From assembly GCA_001776935.1 (NCBI GenBank), contig MFDN01000008.1:8998-72997 (forward strand): DNA of 64,000 nt. Direction: 5' to 3'. Of this stretch, positions 19,174 through 28,938 are shown piece after piece. This stretch comes from Candidatus Daviesbacteria bacterium RIFCSPLOWO2_01_FULL_39_23 (GTDB lineage Bacteria; Patescibacteriota; Microgenomatia; Daviesbacterales; UBA10151). Numbering within the stretch: position 1 is the stretch's first letter; every line of letters begins with the position of its first letter. The notes beneath the pieces are model-generated. The model did not search any database, was not told the origin of the DNA, and worked only from the letters and a program-made list of their open reading frames with translations. The translations under genes and the position numbers were made by a program.

Positions 19174-21073
19174 AAAGATTGTAGTACTTATATCCGATTC
19201 GGGAACAGGGACAAATTTAAATGCAATTATAAACGGGGTAAAATCAGGCAAAATTAAGGCAGATATTTTATCAGTAATAAGCGATACTTCCAAAGCTTTA
19301 GGTTTAAAATGGGCCCGGAAAAATAAAATTCCCACCCAAATTGCGGCAGATAAAAATAAACTTCTGCAGATTTTAAGAAAATTAAGCCCGGATTTTGTTT
19401 GTTTGGCTGGATGGAAACAAATAATTTTAGATGAAGTAATTGATGAGTATCCCAGTAAAATTTTAAATACTCACCCGGGGCTTATTCCGGATACCTTAGA
19501 TGGTGTTGTAAAAAATCCGGACGGAACAAAGGCGTTGTGGAATAAAGGGAAATTTACACAAAATGCAATGCAGGTATTTTTTGAAAAAAAAGCAACATAT
19601 GCCGGCTGTACCAATCACTTTTTGTCACATGAATTTGATTTTGGTCTGGTTTTAGGAAGATGTTTTGAGAAGATTCGAAAAAATGATACCCCTGTTATTC
19701 TATATAAAAGATTGAAGGTAAAGGAAAATAAATTATATGTAGAAGTGTTGTCAAAATTATGCAAAGAGGTAACTGTTTTAGTGGTGGATGGCGGGGGCAG
19801 GGGAGCAGCACTTGTAGATAAATATAGTCAAAGTAAACAGGTCGGGAAAATATTAGCAGTACCGGGCAATGATTTGATGCAAATTAATACAAAAAGTAAA
19901 ATTAAAACTTATCCTGATTTAAAAACTACTTCGGTTGAGGAAATAATAAAAATTTGCAAAAAAGAAAAGGTAGATTTGGTGGATGTGGCGCAGGATAATG
20001 CAGTGGAAGCTGGACTGGTGGATCTATTGAATAAAGAAGGGATTAAAGCAGTGGGGCCAACAAAAGGAGCCGGGAAAATTGAATGGGATAAAGCCTGGGC
20101 CCGGGAATTTATGAAAAAGCATGGCATTCCTGCACCAAAGTTTTATGTTTTTAATTCCCAAAAAGGCGGGATAGATTTTGTAAAAAAACATCAGCAAAAA
20201 TGGTTTGTCAAAGCTGCAGGGCTTGCGGAAGGAAAAGGGGTGATCCCGGCAACAAATACTGCTGAGGCAATTTCTGCCATTGAAGAAATGCAAAAATTTG
20301 GCAATTCCGGTAAATTCTACCTTTTAGAGGAATGGCTTGAAGGAGAGGAATTTTCTGCATTTGCTTTAGTTGATGGCAGCAATTTTCAAGTAGTCGGGTT
20401 TGCTCAGGATTACAAGCGGGTATTTGACGGAGACAAAGGGTCAAATACAGGAGGAATGGGATGTGTATCAAATCCTTTGATAATGGATGAGAATATAAAA
20501 CAACAGACACAAGCAGTTTTTCAAAGAGTTGTAAATGGTTTAAAGAAAGAAAATCGTCCCTACAAAGGTGTTTTATATCTTGGAGGTATGGTAGTTGATA
20601 GTAAGGTGTATGTTATAGAATTTAATGCCAGATGGGGTGATCCTGAGGCAGAAGTGATTTTGTCTTCTTTGAAAAATGATTTATTGGAAGTAAACAGCGC
20701 TATAATTTCAGGTAATATAAAAAAATTAAAAATTAAAATTGACAAAAATATAAGGGTAGCAGTGGCAGCAACAGCCAAAGGTTATCCCCAGGATTACAAA
20801 ACAGTAAGAGGTAAAAGAATATTCGGTATAGAAAAAGTTTTAAAAATTTCCGGAATAAAAATTTACGGCGCCGGTATTAAGAAAGCCGGTGAAAGTTATA
20901 TTGTAAATGGTGGCCGGATTTTATTTGTTGTGGGTTCGGGAAAAGATGTAGTGGAGGCCAAAAAGAAAGCATATGAAGCTATGAAATTTATAAATATTGA
21001 AGGAGATAGCCTACATTACAGAACAGATATTGGTTGGAGGGATGTTGAGCGGATGCAAAAGGATAAAAAATGA
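19157..21073 (+). CDS. purND: Fused GAR formyltransferase / GAR synthetase (PurN-PurD)
   Basis: Single ORF. The N-terminal about 200 aa carry PurN motifs (NTHPGLIP, HFLSHEFDFG). The C-terminal about 430 aa are the PurD ATP-grasp domain (VLVVDGGGRGAAL...). The ATG at 19157 overlaps the purF end. Confidence 0.8.
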   Translation: MILFNKKIVVLISDSGTGTNLNAIINGVKSGKIKADILSVISDTSKALGLKWARKNKIPTQIAADKNKLLQILRKLSPDFVCLAGWKQIILDEVIDEYPSKILNTHPGLIPDTLDGVVKNPDGTKALWNKGKFTQNAMQVFFEKKATYAGCTNHFLSHEFDFGLVLGRCFEKIRKNDTPVILYKRLKVKENKLYVEVLSKLCKEVTVLVVDGGGRGAALVDKYSQSKQVGKILAVPGNDLMQINTKSKIKTYPDLKTTSVEEIIKICKKEKVDLVDVAQDNAVEAGLVDLLNKEGIKAVGPTKGAGKIEWDKAWAREFMKKHGIPAPKFYVFNSQKGGIDFVKKHQQKWFVKAAGLAEGKGVIPATNTAEAISAIEEMQKFGNSGKFYLLEEWLEGEEFSAFALVDGSNFQVVGFAQDYKRVFDGDKGSNTGGMGCVSNPLIMDENIKQQTQAVFQRVVNGLKKENRPYKGVLYLGGMVVDSKVYVIEFNARWGDPEAEVILSSLKNDLLEVNSAIISGNIKKLKIKIDKNIRVAVAATAKGYPQDYKTVRGKRIFGIEKVLKISGIKIYGAGIKKAGESYIVNGGRILFVVGSGKDVVEAKKKAYEAMKFINIEGDSLHYRTDIGWRDVERMQKDKK

Positions 21074-23790
21074 TACAAAAAGTAAGGGTGCAGACTATTG
21101 GACAATCAAACATTAAAGTTTACCGCCTTGAAGGTATATCAGAAAAAGAAGCCAAACTATTGGCGGAAAAATTACTTTCTGAAAAAATAAACCAAAATTA
21201 TACAATTAACCGACCGCTGGCTTCTGCAAGAAGTATCATTGAGATTGCGTATAAACCAGGAGTAATGAATCCGGAAGTTGATTCGATTATGAAAGCAGCA
21301 GCTGATCTTGGCGTAAAGCTCAAAGCTTGCGATAGCTCTACAGAATATCCTTTTAATGTTTCGAAAAAAGAAGCTTTAAAAATAATTCAGAAACAAAGAA
21401 TTTATAACCCCTTAATAGAACACATTGTTGAAGAAGAACCGCAGACCCTGTTTATAAGAGGAGAATCCGGTAAAACTCAAATTATTCCAATTAGAAATTT
21501 AAGCGAGATCCAATTAATGGATTTATCGAAAAATAAACTTTTTCTTAATTTGGATGAGATGAAAACAATCCAACGGTACTATCAAAAGATAAAAAAAGAT
21601 CCGACTGATTTGGAGCTTGAGACTCTTGCCCAAACCTGGAGCGAGCATTGCGCACACAAAACCTTTAAGGCAAAACTCGTTGTTGATGGTAAAACTAAAG
21701 AACCCTTATTTACGCGTATTAAAAAAGAAGCCTTAAAACATAATAAAAATATAGTTTCGGCTTTTGTAGATAATGCCGGAGTGATGGATTTTTATGATGG
21801 TTGGGCGATTAATGGCAAGGCGGAAACCCATAATGCTCCTTCTGCCATTGAACCATATGGCGGGGCAATGACAGGATCCGGAGGGGTTTTCCGGGATGTG
21901 GTGGCAACCGGGCAGGGCGCTAAGGCTTTGGTATCAACAGATATATTTTGTCTGGCCCCGCCGGATTTACCAAAAAGTAATTTACCGGTAGGAACCCTGC
22001 CTCCTGATTATATTTTAAAAAGAGTGGTTTCTGCTGTGCGGGATTATGGGAATAGAATAGGGATTCCTACTAACAACGGATCTTTTCATTTTCATGAAGA
22101 TTTTAGAGCAAAGCCGGTCGTTTTAGTAGGATCATATGGAATGCTGCGCAAAAATATGAGCAAACAGGGATCTCCTAAAATAGGAGATGTGGCAGTAGTA
22201 GTTGGTGGCAGGACCGGTAGGGATGGTATACATGGGGCAACATTTTCCTCCGGTGAGATGAGCGAGAAAACTATAGAAGTTCATGCTACTGCAGTACAGA
22301 TTGGCAATGCTATTGAGGAAAAAAGAACTTTTGATGCAATATTGGAAGCCCGGGATAAAGGGATAATTCGGGCAGTTCAGGATTTAGGGGCAGGGGGATT
22401 TTCTTCTGCTATTGGAGAGATGGGTGCAGAAGTTGGAGTTAAAGTTTTTCTTGAAAAAGCCCCTCTAAAGTATCAGGGATTGGCCCCCTGGGAAATTTGG
22501 GTATCAGAATCCCAGGAAAGGATGCTGGTAATTTTGGATAAGAGAGATATAAAGAAATTTTTAGAGATTTGTAAAAAATACAATGCAGAAGCAGTAGAAA
22601 TTGCAGAGTTTGACGGCAGTAAAAGATTGAAAGTCTTTTATGGGAAAGAAAAGGTTGGAGATTTGGACATGAAGTTTTTGTATGAAGGTTTGCCCCAAAG
22701 GGTGATGAAAGCCCTTCGACTCCCTTCGGTCGCTCAGGGTCTGCGACAACAAACTCAAAACCCGACAACGCAAAGAGAATGGATAAAGGGTTTGGAAGAA
22801 GTTTTGTCTCATGGTGATATTAATTCCAAAGAACCGATTCTAAGGATGTATGATCATAATGTTCAAGGGACAAATGCCTTGCATCCATTCGGAGGAGTGG
22901 GAATGGATGGCCCAAATGATGCAGCAGTTGTAAAACCGCTGTTAGATAAACCTTATGGTTTAATTGTGGCACACGGCTTAAATCCAAAACTTACCAATAT
23001 TGATGCTTACCGGGGAACTATTTGGTCGGCAACAGAAGCAATCTCAAATTACGCGGCAGTAGGCGGGGATTATAAAAATGCATCACTGATTAATAATTAC
23101 ATTTGGCCGTTTCCGGATGAGGAGTGGATGGGGAAGTTAGACCAATCAGTGACGGCGGTTTGTGATTTTATGAAAGCCTTAAAGATTCCGGTAATTTCCG
23201 GAAAGGACAGCTTGTCTGCAACTTATCGGGGATCGAATGGATTTGTTCTGCACAGTCTGCCGACTTTTGTGATGTCCGTATTCGGAAAAATTCCCGATGT
23301 TAAAAAAACCGTTTCTTCGGATTTTAAAAAAGTCGGATCAATGATTGTATTGGTTGGACAGCTAGCTCACCTCGGAGGTGAGACTAAGTTGTCGTCTGTA
23401 CACCTCCGAGGTGTGACTAGGGTTGACCTAAAATTATTGCCAAAAGTTTTGGAAAGTTTGCATAAGGCGATTGCTGGTGGAAAAGTTTTGTCCTGTCATG
23501 ATGTTTCAGAGGGGGGTTTAATAACCGCTATTTTTGAAATGTGTGTGGGAGGAAACTGCGGCGCAGAAATTAAGGTTTTACCAAAAGATGTTTTTGCAGA
23601 AACCGCCGGGTGTTTTATTGTAGAGTTGGAGGACGAAATTTCTGCTGAGAAATTATTTAAAGGGATTCCTTATAAGATTTTAGGTAAAACTATTAAAGAG
23701 GAAAAACTGACAGCAAAGGGATTATTTACAGCTGATATGAAAAGCTTACAGGAAGTTTGGCAAAAACCAATGAAGGAGATATTCGGATGA
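21070..23790 (+). CDS. purL: FGAM synthase PurL with a PurS-like N-terminal extension
   Basis: SEHCAHKTF motif and PurM-like duplicated domains. The first about 100 aa are PurS-like. An in-frame tandem palindromic insert lies at 23368-23419. Confidence 0.85.
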   Translation: MIQKVRVQTIGQSNIKVYRLEGISEKEAKLLAEKLLSEKINQNYTINRPLASARSIIEIAYKPGVMNPEVDSIMKAAADLGVKLKACDSSTEYPFNVSKKEALKIIQKQRIYNPLIEHIVEEEPQTLFIRGESGKTQIIPIRNLSEIQLMDLSKNKLFLNLDEMKTIQRYYQKIKKDPTDLELETLAQTWSEHCAHKTFKAKLVVDGKTKEPLFTRIKKEALKHNKNIVSAFVDNAGVMDFYDGWAINGKAETHNAPSAIEPYGGAMTGSGGVFRDVVATGQGAKALVSTDIFCLAPPDLPKSNLPVGTLPPDYILKRVVSAVRDYGNRIGIPTNNGSFHFHEDFRAKPVVLVGSYGMLRKNMSKQGSPKIGDVAVVVGGRTGRDGIHGATFSSGEMSEKTIEVHATAVQIGNAIEEKRTFDAILEARDKGIIRAVQDLGAGGFSSAIGEMGAEVGVKVFLEKAPLKYQGLAPWEIWVSESQERMLVILDKRDIKKFLEICKKYNAEAVEIAEFDGSKRLKVFYGKEKVGDLDMKFLYEGLPQRVMKALRLPSVAQGLRQQTQNPTTQREWIKGLEEVLSHGDINSKEPILRMYDHNVQGTNALHPFGGVGMDGPNDAAVVKPLLDKPYGLIVAHGLNPKLTNIDAYRGTIWSATEAISNYAAVGGDYKNASLINNYIWPFPDEEWMGKLDQSVTAVCDFMKALKIPVISGKDSLSATYRGSNGFVLHSLPTFVMSVFGKIPDVKKTVSSDFKKVGSMIVLVGQLAHLGGETKLSSVHLRGVTRVDLKLLPKVLESLHKAIAGGKVLSCHDVSEGGLITAIFEMCVGGNCGAEIKVLPKDVFAETAGCFIVELEDEISAEKLFKGIPYKILGKTIKEEKLTAKGLFTADMKSLQEVWQKPMKEIFG

Positions 23791-24584
23791 CCCTTCGACA
23801 TCGCTTGAGACAAGAAGTTAATGTTTGCATATTAAAATCAGATGGGACTAATTGTGATAATGAGCTGTTTTATGCATTTAAAAAAGCAGGAGGGAATCCG
23901 GAGCTTGTTCATGTTAACGAGCTGCGGGATAAAAGTGTGACTTTAAAAGATTTTGATATTTTGGCTTTTCCGGGGGGATTTTCTTATGGTGATGATATTG
24001 TATCCGGCAAAATTTGGGCTATCGAAATGATTAGTTTTTTAAAAAAAGAAATCGAAGATTTTAGAAAAAAAGGCGGATTGATTTTAGGAATATGTAATGG
24101 ATTTCAGGTTTTGGTAAGGACCGGTCTATTGCCGTTTGGAAACTTAGGCAAAATGGATGCCACACTTGCAAACAATGACAGCGGACATTTTGAATGCAGG
24201 TGGGTGGATTTAAAAACGGAAAAAAGTAAATGCGTATTTTTAAAAAATATAAATATTGGGCATTTTGCCGTAAATCACGGAGAAGGAAAATTTTTTACGG
24301 ATGTAAAAACTTTAAAAGAAATTGAGGCAAAAAATTTAGTGGTATTCCGCTATGTTGATGAAAACGGCAATCCCACCCAAAATTATCCTCAAAACCCCAA
24401 CGGGTCTTTAAATGCCATTGCCGGGGTTACAGATCCATCCGGAAGAATTTTAGGACTCATGCCTCATCCGGAAAAATTTGTGGATATTACCCAATATCCA
24501 AATTGGAGAAGAGAAAAGATATTAAAGCCCCACGGATTATTTATCTTTGAAGAAATGGTAAAGTATGTTAAGGAGAACAAATGA
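23787..24584 (+). CDS. purQ: FGAM synthase glutamine amidotransferase subunit
   Basis: Class I GATase triad context (GICNGFQ, MPHPE). ATGA overlap with purL. The N-terminus carries a GC-rich extension encoding MTLRHRLRQE. Confidence 0.85.
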   Translation: MTLRHRLRQEVNVCILKSDGTNCDNELFYAFKKAGGNPELVHVNELRDKSVTLKDFDILAFPGGFSYGDDIVSGKIWAIEMISFLKKEIEDFRKKGGLILGICNGFQVLVRTGLLPFGNLGKMDATLANNDSGHFECRWVDLKTEKSKCVFLKNINIGHFAVNHGEGKFFTDVKTLKEIEAKNLVVFRYVDENGNPTQNYPQNPNGSLNAIAGVTDPSGRILGLMPHPEKFVDITQYPNWRREKILKPHGLFIFEEMVKYVKENK

Positions 24585-26152
24585 TAATACTTGTAGATTT
24601 TGGATCACAAACAGCACATTTAATAGCAAGAAGGATAAAAGAGTTGGGAACAGAAGTGGAAGTGGTAGACCCTGAAGGAGCGATGGATATATTGGATTCC
24701 CGCTTTCGCGGAAATGACAGAAGAAGAAGCGGGAATGACAAGGGTGCAAAGGGGATAATTTTTTCCGGCGGCCCGGCATCTGTATATCAGGAAGACTCGC
24801 CTTCAATTGATCCGAAAATTTTTATGATTGGTATTCCGATATTGGGAATTTGTTACGGACAGCAATTGATGTGCCACCTTTTAGGCGGAGAGGTAAAAGC
24901 GGGGTTTAAGAAAGAGTATGGACCGGCAGTATTAAGTTCAAAGTTAAAAGTTAAAAGTTCAAAATTATTGGTAGGGGTGCCAAGCGGAATTACGGTTTGG
25001 ATGAGTCACGGGGATGAGGTGGTAAAGATTCCTCAGGGTTTTGAAACTAAGGCTTTTACGAAAACAATTCCTCATGCAGTAATTGAAAATAAAGATAAAA
25101 AAATATACGGGATACAATTTCATCCGGAGGTAATACACACGGAATTCGGAGAACAGCTTTTGGAAAACTTCCTAAAAATATGCAATCTTGAAATTAAAAG
25201 AAGAGTGATTAATAAAGAGTTTGTAGAAAATATTATCAAAGATATTAAAGATTCTGTGGGAGAGGAAAAAGCAATTTGTGCTTTATCCGGGGGAGTAGAT
25301 TCATCAGTTGCTGCATTACTTGTACACAAAGCAATCGGCAGAAATTTAATTTCCTGCTACATTGATTCAGGGTTGATGAGAGACGGGGAAACTTCTGCTT
25401 TAAGAAAAATTTTTCAAAAAGATTATCAAATGGGTATTCAAATTATTGATGCAAAAAATGAATTTTTAGATTCCTTAAAAGGAGTAATTGATCCGGAAGA
25501 AAAAAGAAAAAAGATCGGGAAAGCTTTTATAGATGTTTTTGAAAAAATTGCTAAAAAAAGCAGGGCAAAACTTTTGGTGCAGGGGACAATTTATCCTGAT
25601 GTGATAGAGTCTGCAGGAACTAAGCATTCGCAGGTTATAAAATCGCACCATAATGTCGGCGCACTCCCAAAGAATATGAACCTTGCGCTAATTGAACCAT
25701 TAAGAAATTTCTATAAAGATGAAGTAAGAGCAATCGGTAAAATTTTAGGTCTGCCGGATGAAATTATCAACAGACAGCCTTTCCCGGGTCCCGGACTGGC
25801 AGTCAGAATTATAGGAGACGTAACAGAAGAAAAACTTGAGATTTTAAGAAAAGCCGATAAAGTTATTCAGGAGGAAATAAAAAAGACTGATCTGGAAAAA
25901 AGCCTTTGGCAAATCTTTGCAGTATTTACCGGAATTAAAACTACAGGAGTCAGGGGAGATGAAAGGGCGTATGGAGAAACTATTGCCATAAGAGCAATAG
26001 AAGCCAAAGATGCCATGAGTGCAAATTTTGCCAAACTTCCATATGAACTATTGGAGAGAATTTCCTCAAGAATTGTTAATGAAATCCGTGAGGTAAACCG
26101 GGTAGTTTACGATATCACCAACAAACCTCCCGCTACTATGGAGTGGGAGTAG
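24581..26152 (+). CDS. guaA: GMP synthase (glutamine-hydrolysing)
   Basis: GATase domain, ATP-PPase SGGVDSSV motif and a C-terminal dimerisation domain. ATGA overlap with purQ. Confidence 0.9.
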   Translation: MIILVDFGSQTAHLIARRIKELGTEVEVVDPEGAMDILDSRFRGNDRRRSGNDKGAKGIIFSGGPASVYQEDSPSIDPKIFMIGIPILGICYGQQLMCHLLGGEVKAGFKKEYGPAVLSSKLKVKSSKLLVGVPSGITVWMSHGDEVVKIPQGFETKAFTKTIPHAVIENKDKKIYGIQFHPEVIHTEFGEQLLENFLKICNLEIKRRVINKEFVENIIKDIKDSVGEEKAICALSGGVDSSVAALLVHKAIGRNLISCYIDSGLMRDGETSALRKIFQKDYQMGIQIIDAKNEFLDSLKGVIDPEEKRKKIGKAFIDVFEKIAKKSRAKLLVQGTIYPDVIESAGTKHSQVIKSHHNVGALPKNMNLALIEPLRNFYKDEVRAIGKILGLPDEIINRQPFPGPGLAVRIIGDVTEEKLEILRKADKVIQEEIKKTDLEKSLWQIFAVFTGIKTTGVRGDERAYGETIAIRAIEAKDAMSANFAKLPYELLERISSRIVNEIREVNRVVYDITNKPPATMEWE

Positions 26153-26199
26153 AGAAGATGGTTTGCATCAATTTCAATTGTGTTAAATTATCGGAGAAT

Positions 26200-26235
26200 G
26201 GTTACAATTAATCGCTCGAGCGACTGGTTGTAACC
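26200..26235. other. Nested perfect palindrome GGTTACAA-ttaa-TCGCTCGAGCGA-ctgg-TTGTAACC downstream of guaA
   Basis: An 8-bp inverted repeat encloses a 12-bp perfect palindrome. It is GC-rich in an AT-rich context. Possible terminator or protein-binding site. Confidence 0.3.
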
Positions 26236-26264
26236 GTAGTAAAAGATAAAAATTTGGCAGATTG

Positions 26265-27325
26265 TCTAGGATCCGATACATTCCGTACACTTAAGACATT
26301 TAATTGAACGGCAGATATAATGGCTGCTACATGAGAGCCTACAAGATACTCCCGGTAGAGATTAAAGTTAGGGATTTCAAACTATCCAAGAAAGCTTTAA
26401 AAAGATTGGAGTGGATGGATTGGTATTTTAGCCATGGCATGAATGCCAGGTTAACATGCAGACACTTTGGAATCTCCCCAGATACCTTCTACCTCTGGAA
26501 GAGGAAATTTAATCCATATAACTTAAGTACACTTGAATTCAATACTAAACTCTGTACTCCTCACAACCTCCGGGAGATGACTACAAGTCCAAAGGTGCTT
26601 AAGCTGATATATGACATTAGGTCAAATGATTTAACCAAATCCAAGTATGAAATTGAGGAAGAGTTAAAAAGGTCAGGCATTAAAATCTCATCCAAAGTAA
26701 TCCAGAAAGTCATTAACAGACATATTGAGCTTAAAAACACTGAGCATATTAGAAAGATTAGAAAATACAGGAATTACAAGATAGCCAGGGTTAAAGCTGC
26801 ATTGGAGCTTAAAGAGAAAGATTTAGGATCACTGGTTCAGATTGATACCAAACACCTGTATATTTTAGGACAGAGATTTTACATCTATGTAGCCATTGAT
26901 TGTAAATCCAGGTTAGGGTTTGTGTATGCATACAAATCATGCAACTCCACCAATGCAGCAGACTTCCTTTTAAAAGTCATTGACTACTTTCCATTCACAA
27001 TTTCAGCTGTTAATACAGACAACGGACCGGAGTATCTGCTTAAATTTCATGAGCTGACAGAGCAGTTAGGTATTCCTCACTACTTTACCCATCCCCATAC
27101 CCCTAAAATGAACTCCAGAGCTGAAAGGTTAATTAAGACACTGGAATATGAATTCCTTCATTACAGGGATCTTTTGCCTGAGCTTCAAGAAGTTAGAAAT
27201 ATATGCCCATGAGTTTAATGATCATTACAACAACCACAGATTCCACCAAGCCATCCACTACCAAACCCCCAGGGAGTATGTTACAAGTTACCTACAACAG
27301 AAAGGAGTGGTGTACGGTATCTAGG
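26265..27325 (+). mobile_element. IS481-family insertion sequence with 6-bp TCTAGG target-site duplications
   Basis: TCTAGG lies at 26265-26270 and again at 27320-27325. Imperfect terminal inverted repeats are present (..gatacattccgtacac / gtgtacggtatc). The element encodes one HTH + rve(DDE) transposase. Confidence 0.7.
26304..27324 (+). pseudogene. DDE transposase (rve integrase core), frameshifted near 27195-27215
   Basis: The 302-aa frame ends at RNICP*. The +1 frame continues with the canonical C-terminal motif (YAHEFNDHYNNHRFHQAIHYQTPREY) up to the TAG at 27322-27324. Confidence 0.55.
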
Positions 27326-27341
27326 GTTCCAGTACACAGAT

Positions 27342-28088
27342 TTGACAATACCCTATAGATTTGATAAGATACACGACAATATGATTGAAAGAGCTTTTAA
27401 TGAAGCATTACTACATAAAGGTAACAAAAAAGATGCACTTAGGGAATTTGCCATCTCTCAAGCAAGGCATATTCTTCAAGCTGCCGGCGTAGTTGATCCC
27501 GCAATTAAAGACCATGGAGTAGCCGTAAAACCTGAAGAATCAGTTGAAAAACCTTTTTACATGATCCCCGAAGGAGAAGTTGTTAAATTTATCCAAGAGA
27601 TCGGCGGTAAATCAGCGGAACAATTAGAGGCTGAAGTAAAATCTACCGGAAGGGAAGTCACTATATATGCTTCTGATTCGATTCATAGTCCTAAATTTGA
27701 AGTTCTTGATGAAGTTACTCCTCAAGAGTTAGCTAAATTTCCTGTTAGAGCCTTAAGATTCAGAGGTAATCCAACTACCAGACAATTATATGAAAAAATC
27801 CCGCAAACCAGATGTAGAATAGATGGAGAGGAATATATATTAGAACTTCCTAGAGCAGAAGTTGGACCCCACAAAGCTATAGCAGATAAAGACCAAGCTT
27901 TAAATGATTGGTATTATGTTATGCATGAGCCGATTACCGGCCGTCACGGCGATCCGGGCGTGTTCGAGGTCGGACGCAATTCTGATGGCCGGTTCCTCTA
28001 CGGCCCATGGGCTAGCCCTGACGACAGGTGGGCTCCTGACGATCAGTTGGTTGTGGCTCTCCGCAAGCTTGAATCTGTAAAACCTTAA
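27342..28088 (+). CDS. DGR target (variable) protein; its C-terminal 45 aa are encoded by the VR
   Basis: 248-aa ORF with a TTG start. The VR occupies codons 198-242. No signal peptide is seen. The gene begins 17 nt after the IS element. Confidence 0.75.
   Translation: MTIPYRFDKIHDNMIERAFNEALLHKGNKKDALREFAISQARHILQAAGVVDPAIKDHGVAVKPEESVEKPFYMIPEGEVVKFIQEIGGKSAEQLEAEVKSTGREVTIYASDSIHSPKFEVLDEVTPQELAKFPVRALRFRGNPTTRQLYEKIPQTRCRIDGEEYILELPRAEVGPHKAIADKDQALNDWYYVMHEPITGRHGDPGVFEVGRNSDGRFLYGPWASPDDRWAPDDQLVVALRKLESVKP
27933..28067 (+). repeat. DGR variable repeat (VR), 135 bp
   Basis: 116/135 identity to the TR. All 19 mismatches fall at TR adenines. Confidence 0.85.
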
Positions 28089-28409
28089 ACTCTTTGATTC
28101 TTACAATTAAAGAGTACTCTTTGAGTTTTTAATACTTTGTTTCTTTACCGCGTAGCGGCCGCTACAAATTTTTGATATATTACTTTTAGATTGGTTGTAT
28201 TGAACGGCTACGGCTTTTCAAAATCATTTTGGCAAATATATATTGAGAGCTTAGAAGGTTAAGGCTTTCTGGGGAGTAATAGTATTTGTCTTTAAAAAAG
28301 AATTACTTGGTATGGTATGCTTGCAGGATTTATTCCGCAAATAAAATACAGCCCTTTGTCTAAAGATTAGCTTTTTACATGGGCAGTGATAATAGATGGC
28401 ATATCATAC

Positions 28410-28544
28410 ATTACCGACCGTAACGGCAATCCGAACGTGTTCAAGGTCGAACACAATTCTAATGGCCGGTTCCTAAACGGCAAATGGGCTAACCCTGACA
28501 ACAGGTGGAATCCTGACAATCAGTTGGTTGTGGCTCTCCGAAAG
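28410..28544 (+). repeat. DGR template repeat (TR), 135 bp
   Basis: Non-coding copy of the VR. The variable positions are A, mostly in AAY codon contexts of the VR frame. Confidence 0.85.
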
Positions 28545-28871
28545 TTATTCTTTTCCCCGCTTTATTGGCGGGGTTTTTGTTGGTATTTCAAGGCTTTTTT
28601 TCCAGCCGTAAAGCATTTTACCAATTTCATCCAGTTTAGTGGACATACTCTCATATTGTCTATTAGAAATGAATTTTCCTTCCCAACAAGTTGTGACTAG
28701 AAATTTAAGTATATCTGCTGTAAAAATACATTCACTTAATAAGACTAATTTTTTATCCTTACCACTAAAATATGATGTGTATGAACTTTCCAGAAGATCA
28801 AGGAATTTATTTTCAATTCTTATACCCAGCGTGTAACGGGCAGTTCTAGGAATATGAGGCACAATACCCAT
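28545..28871 (-). CDS. avd: Avd-like four-helix-bundle DGR accessory protein
   Basis: About 108 aa from MGIVPHIPRTARYTLG... to ...KLDEIGKMLYGWKKSLE. This matches the four-helix-bundle/Avd (23S rRNA IVS protein) family pattern. It is encoded on the opposite strand to the VR, TR and RT. Confidence 0.6.
   Translation of the reverse strand: MGIVPHIPRTARYTLGIRIENKFLDLLESSYTSYFSGKDKKLVLLSECIFTADILKFLVTTCWEGKFISNRQYESMSTKLDEIGKMLYGWKKSLEIPTKTPPIKRGKE
28555..28580 (+). terminator. Rho-independent terminator-like hairpin immediately after the TR
   Basis: CCCCGC-tttattg-GCGGGG followed by TTTTTGTTGG. Confidence 0.5.
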
Positions 28872-28916
28872 CCAAAACAGATATCCCTCTTTGATTTTAC
28901 TGAGGATCGAGGTTTT

Positions 28917-28938
28917 AGAGAGAGAGAGAGAGAGAGAG
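28917..28938. repeat. (AG)11 dinucleotide microsatellite in the divergent avd/RT intergenic region
   Basis: agagagagagagagagagagag read directly. Confidence 0.9.
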
